A stretch of DNA of 64,000 nt from Candidatus Uhrbacteria bacterium (lineage in GTDB: Bacteria > Patescibacteriota > Patescibacteriia > SG8-24): assembly GCA_016929435.1 (NCBI GenBank), contig JAFGIV010000022.1, positions 26,918 to 90,917 on the forward strand, read 5' to 3'. The number at the start of each line of letters is the position of its first letter. Position 1 is the first letter of the stretch. Positions 54,742-64,000 of the stretch are shown piece by piece. A program made the position numbers and the translations under genes. Under the pieces are notes generated by a model. The model ran no database searches and was not told the DNA's origin. It saw nothing but the letters and a program-made list of their open reading frames with translations.

Positions 54742-55266
54742 TTAGGTCTTTGATTCCTTGACGGCGTTCAGCACCTGGACCAGGCCGCGCAGGTTGCCCT
54801 GCATGACCCCCACCAGGCCGGAAAGCGGCGCCCGAATCGATCCGACCACCTGGGCAATCAGCTGCTCCTTGGACGGGAGCGTGGCCAATGACCTGACCTC
54901 CGCGGCCGTGAGCCACTTGGACTCCAGAAGACCGCCGAGAATGGTGACCTTGTCGTTCTTCCTGCTGATTCCGGCCACCAGCTTGGCCGGAACTATCTGG
55001 TCGCCCCGGGCGGCCAGCATATAGACACTGCCGGAAAGGGCGGCCTCATCCACCTGGCCGATCCCGGCTTCCTTCAGGGCCCGGCGCAGGAGGGTCTTCT
55101 TGGAGGCGATTATTCCGACTTCGGATTTCTCGGCCTCCCGCCGCAGGCTGCCGTTGTCAACCACCTTCAGGGCGGCCAAATCGGCGAACACCACGGCAGT
55201 CGCCCCCTTCAGGGCCTCTACGTACCGGCCGACATCGTCCTCTTTTTTGATTCTGGTTTTAGCCAT
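54742..55266 (-). CDS. rplJ: 50S ribosomal protein L10
   Basis: L10 family sequence upstream of rplL. Confidence 0.9.
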   Translation of the reverse strand: MAKTRIKKEDDVGRYVEALKGATAVVFADLAALKVVDNGSLRREAEKSEVGIIASKKTLLRRALKEAGIGQVDEAALSGSVYMLAARGDQIVPAKLVAGISRKNDKVTILGGLLESKWLTAAEVRSLATLPSKEQLIAQVVGSIRAPLSGLVGVMQGNLRGLVQVLNAVKESKT

Positions 55267-55440
55267 AATTCGTTCGTTTTCCCCATACGGGGAACGGTTA
55301 CGGGGTTTCCCGTCTCGACCTTTAGGTGTCCCTTGCCAACGGGCGTCTCGGCTGCGGTTCGGACAAAAAAACCGCGGCCGGAAAACCGCAGCCCTAACGA
55401 AACAGACACCTAAGCGCTGATCGTCACCTGCATGGGAGTG
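55267..55440 (-). ncRNA. candidate L10 leader (autoregulatory 5' UTR structure)
   Basis: Long structured 5' region with several hairpins (e.g. ggctgcggtt...aaccgcagcc 10-bp stem) upstream of rplJ. Assigned by position only. Confidence 0.25.
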
Positions 55441-55592
55441 CCGCCAAGCGGATTATCCCCCGGAGGGGACCCATGGTCTGCGGTAACCGTTGTTATGGAT
55501 AGGTTATCCCCTCCCGAAAGTAAAGTCAAGGGGCACAAAAAAAGCCTGCCGAAATTCGGCAGGCGCAACGAGAAAGCACCGTTGCTTTCCGT

Positions 55593-55934
55593 TTAGAAAC
55601 GAGTGTCCTCTTTACGAGTGTCCTCAACGTAACTGTCCAAAACTTCGATGACTTTTTCCCGAATATCCTCGGGAATTTTCCAGTCAAACGACTGTTCGGA
55701 CCTGTCCGACCAGTTTTCACCACGCCAGAAACGACTGCCGTCGGAACGGAAGGCTTTATGACGTTCGACGGCATAAAATATATTGTCTCTCGATTTTTGG
55801 ACAAAAATCGATACCTCTCCTCCCCTAAAGGCCTTATAGAGCAGGTCGGCTGCCCGGTTCAGGTCCGGGATGCCGACCGATCCGTTCCTTGCCAACAGAC
55901 GGGCGAGGATCGGTTCAATCGGGATGCTTTTCAT
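55593..55934 (-). CDS. hypothetical protein
   Basis: 113-aa ORF with coding composition. Confidence 0.4.
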   Translation of the reverse strand: MKSIPIEPILARLLARNGSVGIPDLNRAADLLYKAFRGGEVSIFVQKSRDNIFYAVERHKAFRSDGSRFWRGENWSDRSEQSFDWKIPEDIREKVIEVLDSYVEDTRKEDTRF

Positions 55935-56113
55935 CTTATTAACCTTTCTTTTTTAATGTCCTGTCGGACCAAACATGTTTGAAATGAGATTACACCATCC
56001 CTTTCGGGATGTCAAGCCGATTTCCCCATCCCAATGGCCGTGATAGAATACGGACAGATGCCACTGCGCCAAAGACATAACTAACCCGTGCCCATGCCTG
56101 ACCTTGGCAGCCG

Positions 56114-57832
56114 ATGGGCACAACGAAAGAATACGTTATGCCCAAATTCACGGATGAGGAGAGGAAAAGGCTGGAACCGTATGTCACCGATACGGAATCG
56201 GATGTCTTTGCCGTAAGGGGCCTGGACGGGGTGGTCGGGGCGGTCTTTGCCCGATACAGCCGGGCCTCGACCGGATTCAGGGAAACCCTGCTCAAGGAAT
56301 TCGTGGATGAGGGGCAGATTGACGCCAAGAAGGCAGCGGACCTGATAGAGCGGGTCCTGATAGCCTTCGGCGACGATTCGGTCGGCGAGCTGGAAGGGGC
56401 CCACCTGTCCTTCGAGAACATCTCCGTTCTGGCGACGAAAGAGATAGAGGACCGCCGTATCGGCGGTTCCCCGATCGAAAAATCGACCCGGTATGTCCTC
56501 TATGACCAGAAGGACGATGGGGGGCAATACCGCTATTACCGCGATCCGGACATCATGGCCTCACCGCTGGCCAAGGACTACACGACCACGATGGATTTCG
56601 TTTTCGATACCTACTCCCGCCTGGTCGAACCGATGCAGCAATACTACAGGGGATTGAAGCCGATGGAGGAGGCCGAATACGACATCAACGGCGATGGCGT
56701 CAAGGAAAAGATGTCCGTCTTAAAAGAGGAAAACGACATCAAGGCCTTTAAAATCACCTATAGGATGGATATCCGCACCAAGGCCTGCGATACCCTCCGC
56801 TATCTCCTGCCCCTTTCAACGCTGACCAATGTCGGTATTTTCGGCAACGGCCGCTTCTTCCAGAACATGGTTTCCTGCCTCTGGACATCCGACCTTCCGG
56901 AAGCCAACCGCCTCGGTGACGCGTCCAAGGCCCAGCTGGATCAGGTGATACCCCGTTACGTCAAGCGGGCCTGCCGAAACGAATACCTGGCCACGGTCCG
57001 CCGGAACATGGGCCTTCTGGCCGACCGGATGCTGACCGGAATCGAACCGGAGGAAACCGACCGGATATCCCTGGTCGACCGGAGTGAGGCCGATATGGCC
57101 ACCTATCTCTCCAAAACGCCCGTTAGCGTGGATTCGGTCCGGAAGGCCCTGACCGCAGCCGAAGATGACATGATCCTGGCCCAGGCTCTCTATCCGCATG
57201 CCCGTCTCCCCCTGACTACCCTACGGGGTTTTGTCCGCCGGCTGTCCGGGGAGGACCGTCGGGAAATAATCCGGACCTATGTGGGGGAAAGGCAGACCCG
57301 CCGCGACCGGCCAGGGCGGGCATTCGAGGCCGGCTATGCCTGGACCTTCGATTGCCTGACCGATTTCGGGACATACAAGGACATCATGCGCCACCGGATG
57401 ACAACCCAAATGCGCCAGCGGTTCACCCCGCTCCTTGGTTTCGAGATGCCGGACGACCTGGCCAAGGCCGGATTTTCGGCCGAAGCCGAAGCCTGCGTGG
57501 CCAGGGCCTCGGAACTGTACCGCCTCCTGGAATCGGACTTTCCGGCGGCGGCGGCCTATGCCACCCTGCACGGCTCCAAGGTCCGCTGGCTGATCGGCAT
57601 GAACGACCGGGAGGCCCACCACATGATAGAGCTCCGCACCACCCCGCAGGGGCACGTCTCCTACCGCCGGGCCTGTCAGGAAATGCACCGACTGATCCGC
57701 AACCGTTCCCCCTGGCGGTCCGACGTGTTAAGGTTTGCCGACCATAACGACTATTTCTGGAGCCGGGCCGATTCCGAAGCCCGCCAACGGTCCGAGGAGC
57801 GGCAACTGGAAAAAAAGAGCGAAAAAACATAA
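56114..57832 (+). CDS. thyX: flavin-dependent thymidylate synthase ThyX-like, long (tandem-domain) form
   Basis: N-terminal FARYSRAS (ThyX ARxSYGS-like) and distal IMRHRMTTQMRQRF resembling the ThyX RHRxxxxxxxQRY signature. Adjacent tmk. Confidence 0.5.
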   Translation: MGTTKEYVMPKFTDEERKRLEPYVTDTESDVFAVRGLDGVVGAVFARYSRASTGFRETLLKEFVDEGQIDAKKAADLIERVLIAFGDDSVGELEGAHLSFENISVLATKEIEDRRIGGSPIEKSTRYVLYDQKDDGGQYRYYRDPDIMASPLAKDYTTTMDFVFDTYSRLVEPMQQYYRGLKPMEEAEYDINGDGVKEKMSVLKEENDIKAFKITYRMDIRTKACDTLRYLLPLSTLTNVGIFGNGRFFQNMVSCLWTSDLPEANRLGDASKAQLDQVIPRYVKRACRNEYLATVRRNMGLLADRMLTGIEPEETDRISLVDRSEADMATYLSKTPVSVDSVRKALTAAEDDMILAQALYPHARLPLTTLRGFVRRLSGEDRREIIRTYVGERQTRRDRPGRAFEAGYAWTFDCLTDFGTYKDIMRHRMTTQMRQRFTPLLGFEMPDDLAKAGFSAEAEACVARASELYRLLESDFPAAAAYATLHGSKVRWLIGMNDREAHHMIELRTTPQGHVSYRRACQEMHRLIRNRSPWRSDVLRFADHNDYFWSRADSEARQRSEERQLEKKSEKT

Positions 57833-57865
57833 CATGAATCAGGCTGGGTAAAGAAAGGCAAAAAC

Positions 57866-58552
57866 ATGGAAAAGACCGACAGCAAAAAAAACCGGGGCCT
57901 GTTCCTGGTGATTGACGGGACTGACGGTTCCGGAAAGGCGACCCAAACCAAACTCCTCATCGAGCGGATGGGGCGGGAAGGGTGGCCGGTGGAGACCGTT
58001 TCCTTCCCCCAATACGGCCAGCCGAGTGCCGGACCGGTGGAGGACTACCTGGCCGGCAAATACGGCGCGGCCGAGACGGTCGGACCGAAACGGGCCTCCA
58101 TCCTGTTCGCCGTTGACCGTTACGCCGCCAGCGCCAAGATCAGGCAATGGCTGGGGGAGGGAAAGATCGTCGTCGCCGACCGCTACGTGGCCTCGAACAT
58201 GGGCCACCAGGGCGGGAAGATCGCCGATCCAACCGAACGGGAAGCGTATTTTCGCTGGAACGACGACTTGGAATATGGGGTATTCCAGATTCCCCGGCCA
58301 GACCTGAACCTGATCCTTCATGTCCCCTGCGAAATCACCCAAGGCCTGCTGCAAGAACGGGACGGTGACCGGCAGGATATCCATCAGGCGGATGCCGACC
58401 ACCTGAAAAACGCCGAAAAGACCTACATCCAGATGGCCGAAATGTTTCCGGAAATGAGCCTGATCAGGTGCTGTAAGGGCCGAAAAATCCTGACTCGGGA
58501 AGAGATTCACGAGATGGTCTGGGAAAAGGTCGAAATCCTGTCGAAAAGGTAA
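57866..58552 (+). CDS. tmk: thymidylate kinase
   Basis: P-loop VIDGTDGSGKATQ and a DRY-like VADRYV. Confidence 0.85.
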   Translation: MEKTDSKKNRGLFLVIDGTDGSGKATQTKLLIERMGREGWPVETVSFPQYGQPSAGPVEDYLAGKYGAAETVGPKRASILFAVDRYAASAKIRQWLGEGKIVVADRYVASNMGHQGGKIADPTEREAYFRWNDDLEYGVFQIPRPDLNLILHVPCEITQGLLQERDGDRQDIHQADADHLKNAEKTYIQMAEMFPEMSLIRCCKGRKILTREEIHEMVWEKVEILSKR

Positions 58553-58638
58553 GAACCTCCGAGCAAGAGAAGGCCATGCCCCGGACCGATGTCCGGGGCG
58601 TTTTTGTTGTGATATACTTCCAGCATAAATGACATGAT

Positions 58639-59487
58639 ATGCCCAAAAACGACAAGCCGACCGGAATAATCGACACGATTACAGCATCCTGGCTAAACCT
58701 GATAAAAAACATCAGGGTTTACCTGAATTTCACCGCCGTTTCGGTATTCCTTGGCCTGGCCCTTTGGCTCCTGAAACTGGTTACCCAAGACCTGGCCACT
58801 GGCCGGATGGCTTCCGTGGCGGTCACGGTCGCCGTTTCCGTGCCGTTTACCCTGGCCTTCATGGTCCTGACGCTGGGACTGATTATTGCCACCTGGACCG
58901 GTTTAGGCAAAAAGCGGCCCGACTTTAGGGAATCGGTCGTTTCCGGGGCCAAAATGCTGAAATCGTTTGTATGGCTTTCGGTCCTAACGGGATTGGCCTT
59001 CATGGCCGCTCCAATAACGGTTCTCATCTCATCCTTTACGGCCGCCGTCATGGCGGCCCCCATCCTATCCCAAAACCCCTGGCTTTATGTGCTGGCGGCT
59101 GGGGCAATGGCGACCCTGACGGGACTGGTAATCGCCATCCCGGCCTATTATGCCCTGCCCCTGTCCTTCATCGCCAACCACCTGTCAATCGACGGCATCA
59201 AGGGATGGTCCTGCCTGAAACGGGCATCAGGACTGGTTCGGGGACGGTGGTGGCGGACCCTTTGGAGACTGTCTGTCCCCAGCCTGTTTTTCTGGCTGGC
59301 TGTCCAATTGGCCCTGAAACTGGTCGGCATCCTGACCGGAATGGCCTTTGGCGATTCGGAATCCGTCTGGTACGCATCACTTGGCCTGGTCATTTCCCAG
59401 TCAATATACGGCCTTTCCTATCCCCTTTTCGTCGGCACCAACCTTATGGTCTGGAATGACCTGAAACGGCTGGAGGGCAGGGAATAA
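58639..59487 (+). CDS. polytopic membrane protein, hypothetical
   Basis: At least six hydrophobic helices. Confidence 0.45.
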   Translation: MPKNDKPTGIIDTITASWLNLIKNIRVYLNFTAVSVFLGLALWLLKLVTQDLATGRMASVAVTVAVSVPFTLAFMVLTLGLIIATWTGLGKKRPDFRESVVSGAKMLKSFVWLSVLTGLAFMAAPITVLISSFTAAVMAAPILSQNPWLYVLAAGAMATLTGLVIAIPAYYALPLSFIANHLSIDGIKGWSCLKRASGLVRGRWWRTLWRLSVPSLFFWLAVQLALKLVGILTGMAFGDSESVWYASLGLVISQSIYGLSYPLFVGTNLMVWNDLKRLEGRE

Positions 59488-59497
59488 CGAATAAACC

Positions 59498-61018
59498 ATG
59501 AAACTGGAACCGGTAATCGGGCTGGAGATTCATGTCCAGCTGAAGACAAGGTCGAAAATGTTCTGCGGCTGCTCCAACCGGGGGGAATTCGAGCCGCCCA
59601 ACACCGCAGTTTGCCCGATTTGCCTTGGGCATCCGGGAGCCCTCCCTTCCGTCAACCGTGAGGCAGTCCGGATGGGAATCAGGATCGGCCTGGCCCTGAA
59701 CGGAAAGATCGCCCACCGGACCAAATTCGACCGAAAGAACTACTTCTATCCGGACCTGCCGAAGGGATACCAGATTTCCCAATTCGACCAGCCGATAGTC
59801 GAGGGCGGACGGCTTTCCTTTTCGGTGGGAAGGGGCGGGGAACAGCGGACCGAAACGGTCGAGCTGGAACGGGTCCATCTGGAGGAGGACGCCGCCAAAC
59901 TGTCCCATTCCCCGGACGGACGGCATTCTTTTGTCGATTTCAACCGCGGCGGAACGCCATTGGCGGAAATCGTCACCAAACCCGATATCCGCTCCCCGGA
60001 ATCGGCCAAGGCCTTCCTCCAGGAACTCCGGCTGGTCATGCGGTACCTGGACGTTTCGGATGCCGACATGGAGAAGGGGCACCTGCGCTGCGACGCCAAC
60101 ATCTCCATGCGGGAGGTTTCGGATGACCCCAAACGTGACGGTCCCGCCGCCCGCCTGAACCCCAAGACCGAGATCAAGAACCTCAATTCCTTCCGGGCCG
60201 TGGAACAGGCCCTGGAACACGAGATCCGCCGGCAGACCGCCCTTTGGGAGGAAGGCAATCCGGTCAGCGAACAGTCCACGCGCGGCTGGGACGAGGGCAA
60301 AAGGGAGACCGTGATCCAACGCACCAAGGAAGAGGCCCACGATTACCGGTATTTCCCGGAACCCGACCTTCCGCCGCTGGAACTTTCCGAAATGACCGAG
60401 GACGTAAGGCTCCGGCTGCCCGAACTTCCGGACAGCCGCCGAAACCGGATGGTTGAGGAACACGGGTTCACCGCGGAAGCCAGCCGAACGATCTGTGACG
60501 ACCGGCACCTGGCCGACTACACCGAACGGGTAATGTCCGAACTCGCCGAGTGGGTTACCTCTGCCGAAAGCGGGAATTGGGAGGAAAAAAGGGCGGAAAC
60601 GGCCAAACTGGCTTCCGGCTGGATCCTGACCAGGCTGGCCGGCGTAATGGCCGAACACGGGATCGATATCCGCATCCTGAAGATCACCCCGGAAAACTTC
60701 GCCGAACTCCTGACGATGATCCGCGGAGGAAAGGTTACCGGGCCGAACGCCATGCTGATCCTGGAGGAGATGGCCCTGTCCGGCCAGGATCCCTCACAGA
60801 TCATGGATGAGAGGAACCTGGGGCAGACTGACGACACTGAAGGTCTGGAAAGGACGGCTGCCGAAATCATCGCCGCCAACCCCAAGGCCGTGGGGGACTG
60901 GAAAGGCGGCAAGCAGGCCTCGGTCCAGTTCCTGGTCGGGCAGATGATGCGGGCCACCAAGGGGAAGGCGTCCCCCCAACTGGTCAGGGAAATCATTGAG
61001 CGCCAGCTGGGATCATGA
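59498..61018 (+). CDS. gatB: Asp-tRNA(Asn)/Glu-tRNA(Gln) amidotransferase subunit B
   Basis: MKLEPVIGLEIHVQLKTRSKMFCGCSN... is the canonical GatB N-terminus. Confidence 0.9.
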   Translation: MKLEPVIGLEIHVQLKTRSKMFCGCSNRGEFEPPNTAVCPICLGHPGALPSVNREAVRMGIRIGLALNGKIAHRTKFDRKNYFYPDLPKGYQISQFDQPIVEGGRLSFSVGRGGEQRTETVELERVHLEEDAAKLSHSPDGRHSFVDFNRGGTPLAEIVTKPDIRSPESAKAFLQELRLVMRYLDVSDADMEKGHLRCDANISMREVSDDPKRDGPAARLNPKTEIKNLNSFRAVEQALEHEIRRQTALWEEGNPVSEQSTRGWDEGKRETVIQRTKEEAHDYRYFPEPDLPPLELSEMTEDVRLRLPELPDSRRNRMVEEHGFTAEASRTICDDRHLADYTERVMSELAEWVTSAESGNWEEKRAETAKLASGWILTRLAGVMAEHGIDIRILKITPENFAELLTMIRGGKVTGPNAMLILEEMALSGQDPSQIMDERNLGQTDDTEGLERTAAEIIAANPKAVGDWKGGKQASVQFLVGQMMRATKGKASPQLVREIIERQLGS

Positions 61019-61129
61019 CGCGGTTTTTTCCAATCCCTTGCCAAACCCCAAAAACCGTGTATAATGCCTGTAGATACGCAAATAAGCCGCCGTCAGGCGG
61101 TTTTTAGAACCGAAACCTAAGCCAATTTT

Positions 61130-61318
61130 ATGGTCAACAAGGTCAAGCAATACCTCCGCGAATGCCGGGACGAGCTGAAGAAGGTCACCTGGCCCTCCAG
61201 ACAGCAGGTGGTCCGGGACACGATCGTGGTCATCGGCATATCCCTGTTCGCCGCCGCCTTCTTCGGCGCCACGGATTACGGCCTGATGAAGATTTTCGAT
61301 TTCTCCATCCGTCAATAA
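61130..61318 (+). CDS. secE: preprotein translocase subunit SecE
   Basis: 62 aa ending in a TM helix; precedes nusG. Confidence 0.8.
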   Translation: MVNKVKQYLRECRDELKKVTWPSRQQVVRDTIVVIGISLFAAAFFGATDYGLMKIFDFSIRQ

Positions 61319-61340
61319 CAAGAGACCGAACAACAACACT

Positions 61341-61886
61341 ATGGCCAAACAAACAGCCCACCTGGGCCGGCGCTGGTACGCCATCCACACCGCCTCCGGA
61401 TATGAGGAGAACGTCTCCCATAACATGGTCCAACGCATCGAGTCCATGGATATGCATGACAAGATATTCAATGTCATGATCCCGAAGGAGAAGAAGATCA
61501 AGATAAAGAACGGCAAGCGCCGGACCGTGGAGGAGAAGATATTCCCGGGATATGTCCTGGTGGAGATGGTCGTTACCGACGATTCCTGGTATGTGGTCCG
61601 GAACACCCCGAACGTCACCGGTTTCATCGGCACCGGCACCATCCCCACCCCGATCGCCGACGAGGAGATCAAGGCCCTGCAGAAGCGGATGGGCGTGGAG
61701 GAGCCGGAATTCAAGATTGACGTTGAGGTCAACGCTCCGGTCATGATAACCGACGGGCCGTTCAAGAACTTCGAGGGTAAGGTCTCGGAAATCGACGAGT
61801 CCCGCGGGAAGATCAAGGTCCTGGTCTCCATGTTCGGACGGGAAACCCCGGTGGAGCTGGATTTCCTCCAAGTTAAGAAAATCTAG
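61341..61886 (+). CDS. nusG: transcription termination/antitermination protein NusG
   Basis: NGN domain (WYAIHTASGYEENV) and a C-terminal KOW motif. Confidence 0.85.
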   Translation: MAKQTAHLGRRWYAIHTASGYEENVSHNMVQRIESMDMHDKIFNVMIPKEKKIKIKNGKRRTVEEKIFPGYVLVEMVVTDDSWYVVRNTPNVTGFIGTGTIPTPIADEEIKALQKRMGVEEPEFKIDVEVNAPVMITDGPFKNFEGKVSEIDESRGKIKVLVSMFGRETPVELDFLQVKKI

Positions 61887-61926
61887 GGTCCGACACTTCG
61901 TTTTTTATCCATTTTGAGCCAAAGAG

Positions 61927-61955
61927 AAAAGGCCCGCCGAAATGCGGGCCTTTTA
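61927..61955. terminator. bidirectional rho-independent terminator (nusG 3' end and NUDIX gene 3' end)
   Basis: ggcccgc-cgaaat-gcgggcc hairpin with a T-run on + and an A-run upstream. Confidence 0.6.
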
Positions 61956-62029
61956 GATATGCGGCTTAAAGGTCGAAAGAAAAGAAATGACCGCCGCGGC
62001 AAGGGCCGGGGCGGTCAATCAAGAAATTG

Positions 62030-62782
62030 CTATTTTTTTACTGTCACCTTCTCAATCGAGATATAACCTCGATTGGTGATTTTTTCTCGATAGCTCGAGT
62101 CAACCATCAAACGCCTTACTTTCTCGAAGAAAGCAAAAGGAATGATGCCCGCCTGTCCGGAATGGACAATCCCATTCATGATGTTCTCCTCGACCTCTTC
62201 CTCCGACAGGGAAAATACCCGCAACCCACCGTCATTGTCAACCCGGTCGGGAAGATACAGTCCGGAGAGAAAAATCACGCCGATCCGGTTTCTGATGCTG
62301 ATATCCGACCCGAATGGATACACGGGTCGGGTACAGAGATATAAGGTCGACTTCTGGCTCTCCTCCACCCCAGTTTCTTCGACCAATTCCCTTAAGAACC
62401 CCGACCTTACCCCCTCTCCGGGTTCGATCGCCCCGCCGGGGAATTCCAAGGAACTGTCTTTCCCGAAAATTCCGAGGTCAACATCCTTCCCCCCGATCCT
62501 GGCCACCATGGGCCGATCGGAATAGCGGCCTTCCGGCGGTCGCTGCTCGACGATCATCACCAGGCGTCCGTCCGGCAGGACGGGAACGATTGCCGTCCCC
62601 TCTTCTGTCCATTTTCCCTCTGAGTCAACAAGCTCAAGATAACAGAAATATCTGTTGGGTCCATTCTTAAAGATCGCCTGTTGGCGGCCTCCTGACGAAC
62701 AGACGAGTATGATTCGGTGCCTATATGGTCCCGAAATCAACTCAACTCTCCTTCCCTCACTCCAAAAAATTTTCTCAAGCAT
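62030..62782 (-). CDS. NUDIX hydrolase
   Basis: Nudix box GGAIEPGEGVRSGFLRELVEETGV. Inserted antisense between nusG and rplK. Confidence 0.7.
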   Translation of the reverse strand: MLEKIFWSEGRRVELISGPYRHRIILVCSSGGRQQAIFKNGPNRYFCYLELVDSEGKWTEEGTAIVPVLPDGRLVMIVEQRPPEGRYSDRPMVARIGGKDVDLGIFGKDSSLEFPGGAIEPGEGVRSGFLRELVEETGVEESQKSTLYLCTRPVYPFGSDISIRNRIGVIFLSGLYLPDRVDNDGGLRVFSLSEEEVEENIMNGIVHSGQAGIIPFAFFEKVRRLMVDSSYREKITNRGYISIEKVTVKK

Positions 62783-62972
62783 GCCTACTACCTCCGTTTT
62801 GAGAAAGAACCGTTTCAGGCACCTTAGGAGGAAAACGGCAAAAAGTCAAGATAAACCTGGGGACTTGCGTTTTTTGCCCATACATTGTAATGTTCCTTCC
62901 GAACAGGCGGTTCGGTTTTCCAAACCGGACAAAGCTTCTCGCCTTTCCCCCTAAACAAGAAATTCCCTAAAT

Positions 62973-63398
62973 ATGGCCAAGAAAATCAAGGCTTACATCA
63001 AACTGCAGATTCCGGCCGGAAAGGCCAATCCGGCCCCGCCGGTCGGTCCGGCCTTGGGCCAACACGGACTGAACATCGCCGAGTTCTGCCAGAAATTCAA
63101 TGCCGCCACGGCCCACCTGTCCGGGGAAATCACTCCCTGCGTCATTTCCGTCTATGACGACCGGACCTACGATTTCATCCTGAAGACTCCGCCGGCTTCG
63201 GCCCTCCTGAAGAAGGCCGCCGGAATCGAGAAGGGTTCGGCCAAGGCCCTATCCTCCAAAATCGGAAAGGTCACCAAATCCCAGGTCAGGGAAATCGCCG
63301 AAAAGAAACTGCCGGACCTGAACACCACGGATGTGGAGGCCGCCATGCGGATGATCGAGGGTACGGCCCGCCAAATGGGCCTGGAAATCAAGGATTGA
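62973..63398 (+). CDS. rplK: 50S ribosomal protein L11
   Basis: [43 protein letters not shown]... is canonical L11. Confidence 0.9.
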   Translation: MAKKIKAYIKLQIPAGKANPAPPVGPALGQHGLNIAEFCQKFNAATAHLSGEITPCVISVYDDRTYDFILKTPPASALLKKAAGIEKGSAKALSSKIGKVTKSQVREIAEKKLPDLNTTDVEAAMRMIEGTARQMGLEIKD

Positions 63399-63495
63399 AC
63401 ACGGTAATGGGCGGGCCCCCGTGCCCGCACGCACCAAAATTATTTATTAATGTGGGAGGCCGTTTGGGCCGCAAATACCACTGACGAAACAGCCT

Positions 63496-64000
63496 ATGAA
63501 ACGCGGAAAGCGCTACGGCGAGCTGGCTGCCAGCTTTGACGCCAAGAAGACATACGGTCCGGATGAGGCCATTGAATTGGCCCAAAGGACATCAAACACC
63601 AAATTCGATTCCTCCATTGAGGTTCACGTCCTTTTGGGGATTGACCCGAAAAAAAGCGACCAGCTGGTCCGGTCAACGGTCGCCTTGCCGCACGGCACGG
63701 GAAAGACCAAGCGCATCGCCGTATTTACCAGCCAGCCGGATAAGGAGAAGGAAGCCAAGGAGTCCGGAGCTGACCTGATCGGTGGGGAGGACCTGATCGC
63801 CGAAATTGCCCAAAAGGGGAAGATTGAATTTGACGTGGCCGTTGCCACCCCGGAACTGATGCCGAAGATGGCCAAGATCGCCAAGATTCTCGGACCGCGG
63901 GGCCTGATGCCGAGCCCAAAGAACGAAACCGTAACCCCGAACGTCAAGAAGACGGTCGAGGAACTCCGGAAAGGTAAGGTTGCCTTCAAGAACGACGATA
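63496..64000 (+). CDS. rplA: 50S ribosomal protein L1, 5' part (runs off window end)
   Basis: MKRGKRYGELAASFDAKKTYGPDEAIELAQ...HVLLGIDPKKSDQLVRSTVALPHGTGK is canonical L1. No stop inside the window. Confidence 0.85.
   Translation, partial: MKRGKRYGELAASFDAKKTYGPDEAIELAQRTSNTKFDSSIEVHVLLGIDPKKSDQLVRSTVALPHGTGKTKRIAVFTSQPDKEKEAKESGADLIGGEDLIAEIAQKGKIEFDVAVATPELMPKMAKIAKILGPRGLMPSPKNETVTPNVKKTVEELRKGKVAFKNDD

Noticed and set aside
1-64000. CRISPR arrays, prophage, integrase/transposase, restriction-modification or known defence systems
   Set aside because: Scanned for regularly spaced direct repeats (the only ones are the 41-bp duplication, the 6-nt microsatellites and the 110-bp repeat family), for recombinase or transposase motifs, and for methyltransferase motifs. 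None found.

Overview
The window is a high-GC (~60%), densely packed bacterial chromosome segment with many 4-nt start/stop overlaps and short intergenic regions. It carries mostly housekeeping genes, and the gene content and operon logic loosely resemble a small-genome lineage such as Patescibacteria/CPR (low confidence). Housekeeping calls: the heat-shock operon hrcA-grpE-dnaK with a near-perfect CIRCE operator; murF, ftsI and rarA; a class II (B12-dependent) ribonucleotide reductase clustered with cobO and rdgB; dnaE, mscL, pheST, rseP, murI and a class I fumarase; lemA-htpX-clpC; rplJL, secE-nusG and rplKA; gatB; and a long-form ThyX-like gene next to tmk. Two tRNAs were found by hand: tRNA-Glu(CUC) on the + strand and tRNA-Pro(CGG) on the - strand. 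I see two accessory patches that look like the most novel content. (1) 2.9-6.25 kb: four tandem, independently transcribed minus-strand genes for cysteine-rich secreted/lipoproteins, including a leishmanolysin-like M8 metalloprotease. Each has its own TTGACA-N17-TAnnnT promoter, three of them share a conserved 5' leader with a compensatory hairpin, each has its own rho-independent terminator (two terminators are paralogous), protein modules are shuffled between paralogs, and (DT)n/(DA)n linkers are encoded by hexanucleotide microsatellites. (2) 9.6-13.7 kb: an AT-rich (~40% GC) islet immediately 3' of tRNA-Glu. It contains a membrane protein plus a putative-adhesin-like gene split by a perfect 41-bp tandem duplication, and a duplicated cassette of a snapalysin/matrixin-like metalloprotease plus a secreted partner protein. 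The second copy is degenerate: 5'-truncated by a repeat and carrying an H->R change in the zinc motif. The islet is punctuated by a ~110-bp palindromic repeat family that doubles as terminators. Further oddities: a 40% GC ORF inserted inside hrcA-grpE-dnaK, a G8 homopolymer inside a type IV pilin gene, an AT-rich two-gene cassette encoding a basic/proline-rich peptide, and a rearranged ribosomal-protein cluster. No CRISPR array, integrase or transposase was found. All calls are from manual reading of the sequence and ORF track only.
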